Below are positions 6,362 to 8,610 of a DNA stretch of 8,610 nt, piece by piece (position 1 is the first letter of the stretch; each line of letters opens with the position of its first letter). The translations under genes were made by a program, and so were the position numbers. The notes below the pieces were generated by a model. It did no database searches, was not told where the DNA came from, and saw nothing but the letters and a program-made list of their open reading frames with translations. Location of the stretch: positions 1 through 8,610 of IMG/VR virus record IMGVR_UViG_2778261030_000017; one strand, written 5' to 3'. The DNA comes from a virus (taxonomy: Duplodnaviria; Heunggongvirae; Uroviricota; Caudoviricetes).

Positions 6362-6601
6362 ATGCTGAAACAGCAGGATATGACAGAAACCGCCAGAGTT
6401 GTGTTTGATGAATTAAGCGTCACCGAACCGGCGACGGTCGGGGAGATTGCGCAGAATACGTACCTTTCACGCGAGCGCTGCCAGTTAATACTGACCCAGC
6501 TGGTTATGCGGGTCTGGCAGACTATCAGTTCGGTTGTTACAGACGCCTTCAGTCCTGAAGGCTTTTTTATTTGTGGTAAATGGGCGGCTGGTGGGTGTTA
6601 G
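6362..6601 (+). CDS. questionable small ORF (79 aa, possible small HTH protein); may instead be non-coding late-leader RNA
   Basis: The ORF has backbone-like GC and a segment that could be a helix-turn-helix (TVGEIAQNTYLSRERCQLILTQL). Its last 57 nt contain a strong intrinsic terminator (6545-6570) upstream of the stop, and the RBS is weak. Coding status doubtful. Confidence 0.3.
   Translation: MLKQQDMTETARVVFDELSVTEPATVGEIAQNTYLSRERCQLILTQLVMRVWQTISSVVTDAFSPEGFFICGKWAAGGC
6545..6570 (+). terminator. strong rho-independent terminator (candidate tR'-like late-leader terminator)
   Basis: GCCTTCA (6545-6551), loop GTCC, TGAAGGC (6556-6562), then TTTTTTATTT. Perfect 7-bp stem. Confidence 0.6.
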
Positions 6602-6629
6602 CGGCACCTGTCAGTCCTTTGCTTATGTG

Positions 6630-6660
6630 TTGATGATAATTTACCTTTTGGGGCTATAAT
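6630..6660 (+). promoter_or_regulatory. candidate promoter for the AraC-family gene
   Basis: TTGATG (6630-6635), 19-nt spacer (longer than optimal), perfect TATAAT (6655-6660), about 35 nt upstream of ATG 6696. Confidence 0.3.
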
Positions 6661-6695
6661 TGAACTAACCAATTGCTAATGAAAGTAAAATTATA

Positions 6696-7409
6696 ATGGT
6701 TGTTGTCTGTTCAGTTATCATGGTTTGCTCCCCAATTAATATTTTTCTTGAAAAGGATACGTTGTCACTTAAGCCCGGCTCAGTCGTTCTGGCCACCAAA
6801 TGCATCAGGGCGCTTTTCCTTATGCATTATGGCAAAGTTAAAATTTTCGATATAAACCATTCCATAGTAAGTCAATATCTGGAAATTCAGCATAAGCTGA
6901 CAAGAACTCATCTGACTGACGTTCCGCTTTATCTGTCACTGGAACCCAACAACCCTGCGTTGGCTGAGGCTTTAATTACCAGCCAGAGATTTTCCGGAGA
7001 TACCACGGATATGTTTCTTATGATGGCATGCCTGTCGCTGTTTGAATCAGATGAACGGATATTATTATTTTTAAGTGGATGTTTATCCAGTATAAGTGCC
7101 AAAGTCAGGGCGATAATTCAGACAGATATATCAGCAAGCTGGACGCTTGGTGCGATTGCGTTACGCCTGCATATGAGTGAGAGTTTGTTAAAGATAAAAC
7201 TGAAAAATGAAGGGCACATGTTCAGTCGCTTGTTGCTGGAAGAGCGGATGCGTGTTGCTGTCAATATGTTATGTTCCCGGCATGGATATGGACAGGCTGT
7301 AGCAGAAAAATGCGGTTATTCAAGCTGGTCCTACTTTATTTCTGTATTTCACCGCTATTATGGCTTCCCGCCAGACAGATATGTATCCAGGCAAGGGCTT
7401 GATTATTGA
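6696..7409 (+). CDS. AraC/XylS family transcriptional regulator, small GadX/YdeO/AppY-like type (resembles prophage-encoded PatE/Psr-type regulators)
   Basis: 237 aa. The C-terminal about 100 aa show the AraC double-HTH pattern (WTLGAIALRLHMSESLLKIKLKNEGHMFSRLLLEERMRVAVNMLCSRHGYGQAVAEKCGYSSWSYFISVFHRYYGFPPDRY). The N-terminus MVVVCSVIMVC resembles AppY-type proteins as I recall them. AT-rich island; weak RBS, start could alternatively be ATG 6720. Confidence 0.85.
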   Translation: MVVVCSVIMVCSPINIFLEKDTLSLKPGSVVLATKCIRALFLMHYGKVKIFDINHSIVSQYLEIQHKLTRTHLTDVPLYLSLEPNNPALAEALITSQRFSGDTTDMFLMMACLSLFESDERILLFLSGCLSSISAKVRAIIQTDISASWTLGAIALRLHMSESLLKIKLKNEGHMFSRLLLEERMRVAVNMLCSRHGYGQAVAEKCGYSSWSYFISVFHRYYGFPPDRYVSRQGLDY

Positions 7410-7437
7410 TTTTCATCTGATTATTATTTTTTGACCC

Positions 7438-7513
7438 GGCCCTTTAGCTCAGTGGTGAGAGCGAGCGACTCATAATCGCCAGGTCGCTGGTTCAAATCCA
7501 GCAAGGGCCACCA
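7438..7513 (+). tRNA. ileZ: tRNA with CAT anticodon, Ile2 (lysidine-type, ileX/ileZ-like) rather than Met
   Basis: 76-nt cloverleaf folded by hand: acceptor GGCCCTT/AAGGGCC, D-arm GCTC-AGTGGTGA-GAGC, anticodon loop CTCATAA, T-arm GCTGG-TTCAAAT-CCAGC, discriminator A, encoded CCA. Closely resembles E. coli ileX as I recall it. Confidence 0.85.
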
Positions 7514-7520
7514 TCACATA

Positions 7521-7597
7521 CCGCCATTAGCTCATCAGGAAAGAGCGCCAGCTTTCGAAGCTGGTTGCGCGGAGTTCGGGTCCCCGAAGGCGGTCCA
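7521..7597 (+). tRNA. argN: tRNA-Arg (anticodon TCG), divergent and possibly a weak or pseudo-tRNA
   Basis: 77-nt fold with anticodon stem CCAGC/GCTGG and loop TTTCGAA (anticodon TCG), and a canonical D-arm. The acceptor stem has one A-A mismatch, the T-stem one A-C mismatch, and the T-loop is TTCGGGT instead of TTCRANT. Gene symbol assigned by position in the Stx-phage trio only. Confidence 0.55.
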
Positions 7598-7610
7598 TTA
7601 TCTGTATCCT

Positions 7611-7687
7611 GCGTTGTTAGCTCAGCCGGACAGAGCAATTGCCTTCTAAGCAATCGGTCACTGGTTCGAATCCAGTACAACGCGCCA
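7611..7687 (+). tRNA. argO: tRNA-Arg (anticodon TCT, reads AGA)
   Basis: 77-nt cloverleaf: acceptor GCGTTGT/ACAACGC, D-arm GCTC-AGCCGGACA-GAGC, anticodon stem ATTGC/GCAAT with loop CTTCTAA, T-arm ACTGG-TTCGAAT-CCAGT, discriminator G, CCA. Confidence 0.85.
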
Positions 7688-7701
7688 CACTTATTTTCCC
7701 T

Positions 7702-7727
7702 GGCTCGCTTTTGCGGGCCTTTTTTTT
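7702..7727 (+). terminator. rho-independent terminator directly after the tRNA cluster
   Basis: GGCTCGC (7702-7708), loop TTTT, GCGGGCC (7713-7719; one U-G wobble), then T8 (7720-7727). Confidence 0.6.
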
Positions 7728-7923
7728 AAATGTCTCACAATTCAGGCGGTTGACTGTTGTCTGGTTTGCGGGGAGTTTGTTAAAAGAAACTGGCATGGTG
7801 AATCCCCCTGTGCGGAGGGGCAATCAGCGAGTAGGTATATGGGATAATCGCGGATTCAGGTGCTGGTACTGAATTCACCGGGAGGCACCCGGCACCATGC
7901 AATGGCACATAGCGCCACTCTCC

Positions 7924-7950
7924 AGCCCCTCTCCGGAGGGGCTTTCTTAT
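7924..7950 (+). terminator. terminator-like hairpin (+ strand)
   Basis: AGCCCCTC (7924-7931), loop TCCG, GAGGGGCT (7936-7943), perfect 8-bp stem, followed by TTCTTAT. Confidence 0.45.
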
Positions 7951-7954
7951 GGAC

Positions 7955-7983
7955 AAAAAAAGCCCGCGCAGGGAGACGCGGGC
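7955..7983 (-). terminator. terminator-like hairpin oriented for the minus strand
   Basis: GCCCGCG (7962-7968), loop CAGGGAGA, CGCGGGC (7977-7983), preceded on the + strand by A7 (7955-7961), which is a T7 run after the hairpin on the minus strand. No convincing minus-strand gene upstream of it in this window. Confidence 0.35.
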
Positions 7984-8051
7984 GGCAAGGAATAAACAAC
8001 AAAACGTGAAGTAATATTTCAGCTGGCGAATAATATCCGACAGTAATCACT

Positions 8052-8074
8052 CTGCGCAATAGCGCGGCCTTTTT
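8052..8074 (+). terminator. terminator-like hairpin upstream of the NanS-p-like gene
   Basis: CTGCGC (8052-8057), loop AATA, GCGCGG (8062-8067; one U-G wobble), then CC and TTTTT (8070-8074). Confidence 0.35.
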
Positions 8075-8176
8075 CGTATTGCGGGCTGTTGTCTCTCTTC
8101 TGCCATTGTCCTGTAACTTCCGGACTTCAGCCCGCTCCTCATTTTACTCACAATATTATCCCGGCCGGGAGGATTC

Positions 8177-8610
8177 ATGGCATTTAAACACTATGATGTT
8201 GTCAGGGCGGCGTCGCCGTCAGACCTTGCGGAAAAGCTGACACACAAACTGAAAGAGGGCTGGCAGCCATACGGCGGACCGGTTGCCATTACGCCGTACA
8301 CACTGATGCAGGCGGTGGCTATTGAAGGAGATCCACAGGTCGGCCCTTCATCTAAGCCGGACTGGTTCTACGTGGTTGTGCTTGCCGGACAGTCCAACGG
8401 CATGGCCTACGGTGAAGGGCTTCCGTTACCGGATTCTTACGATGCTCCGGATCCGCGCATTAAACAGCTGGCGCGCCGCAGCACGGTAACTCCGGGTGGA
8501 GAGAGTTGTACGTATAACGACATCATTCCGGCTGACCACTGCCTGCATGATGTGCAGGATATGAGTACGCTGAATCATCCGAAGGCAGACCTGAGCAAAG
8601 GGCAGTACGG
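8177..8610 (+). CDS. nanS-p: 5' part of a NanS-p-like 9-O-acetyl sialate esterase (DUF1737 N-domain followed by an SGNH/SASA hydrolase domain); continues beyond the window
   Basis: RBS GGGAGG (8167-8172) 4 nt before ATG 8177. Hand translation MAFKHYDVVRAASPSDLAEKLTHKLKEGWQPYGGPVAITPYTLMQAVAIEG..., then FYVVVLAGQSNGMAYGEG carrying the SGNH-type GQSN catalytic-serine block. This matches my memory of the gene found just downstream of stx in Stx phages. Confidence 0.8.
   Translation, partial: MAFKHYDVVRAASPSDLAEKLTHKLKEGWQPYGGPVAITPYTLMQAVAIEGDPQVGPSSKPDWFYVVVLAGQSNGMAYGEGLPLPDSYDAPDPRIKQLARRSTVTPGGESCTYNDIIPADHCLHDVQDMSTLNHPKADLSKGQY

Noticed and set aside
7492-7872. ORFs 7492..7680 minus, 7617..7823 minus and 7639..7872 plus
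   Set aside because: They overlap the tRNA genes and the terminator-rich spacer, and are artefacts of structured GC-rich RNA genes.
7856-8059. 67-aa minus-strand ORF across the hairpin cluster
   Set aside because: It spans three palindromic terminator-like hairpins and has Arg/Pro-rich composition. More likely non-coding, though the minus-oriented terminator at 7955-7983 means an antisense RNA cannot be excluded.
7688-8176. Shiga toxin genes (stxA/stxB) expected between the tRNAs and the nanS-p-like gene
   Set aside because: No ORF of suitable size exists in this 489-bp spacer on either strand, so stx is absent from this window.
1-8610. CRISPR arrays, insertion sequences, integrase or attachment sites
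   Set aside because: I found no regularly spaced direct repeats, no transposase-like or integrase-like ORFs and no terminal inverted repeats. The AT-rich islands have no recognisable mobility genes within the window.

Overview
This window reads as the nin-to-late-regulatory segment of a lambdoid (Stx-phage-like) enterobacterial prophage, with three AT-rich cargo insertions in a roughly 50 percent GC backbone. All calls are from reading the sequence and recalling protein families; no database search was run. Backbone, left to right on the + strand: two hypothetical genes, a hok/mok type I toxin module, a secreted YgiW-like OB-fold protein, a small ORF translationally coupled to a DUF968 (YdfU-like) protein, RusA resolvase, a Q antiterminator, three tRNAs (Ile2-like CAT, Arg TCG, Arg TCT), and the 5' end of a NanS-p-like esterase. 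No stx genes lie between the tRNAs and the esterase. The three AT-rich islands carry (1) a minus-strand alpha/beta-hydrolase esterase, (2) a stand-alone CPBP/Abi-family membrane protease directly after Q, and (3) a small AraC-family regulator. The CPBP island is the best candidate for an undescribed phage-exclusion or immunity function, with the esterase island second; both are inferences from family membership and position only.
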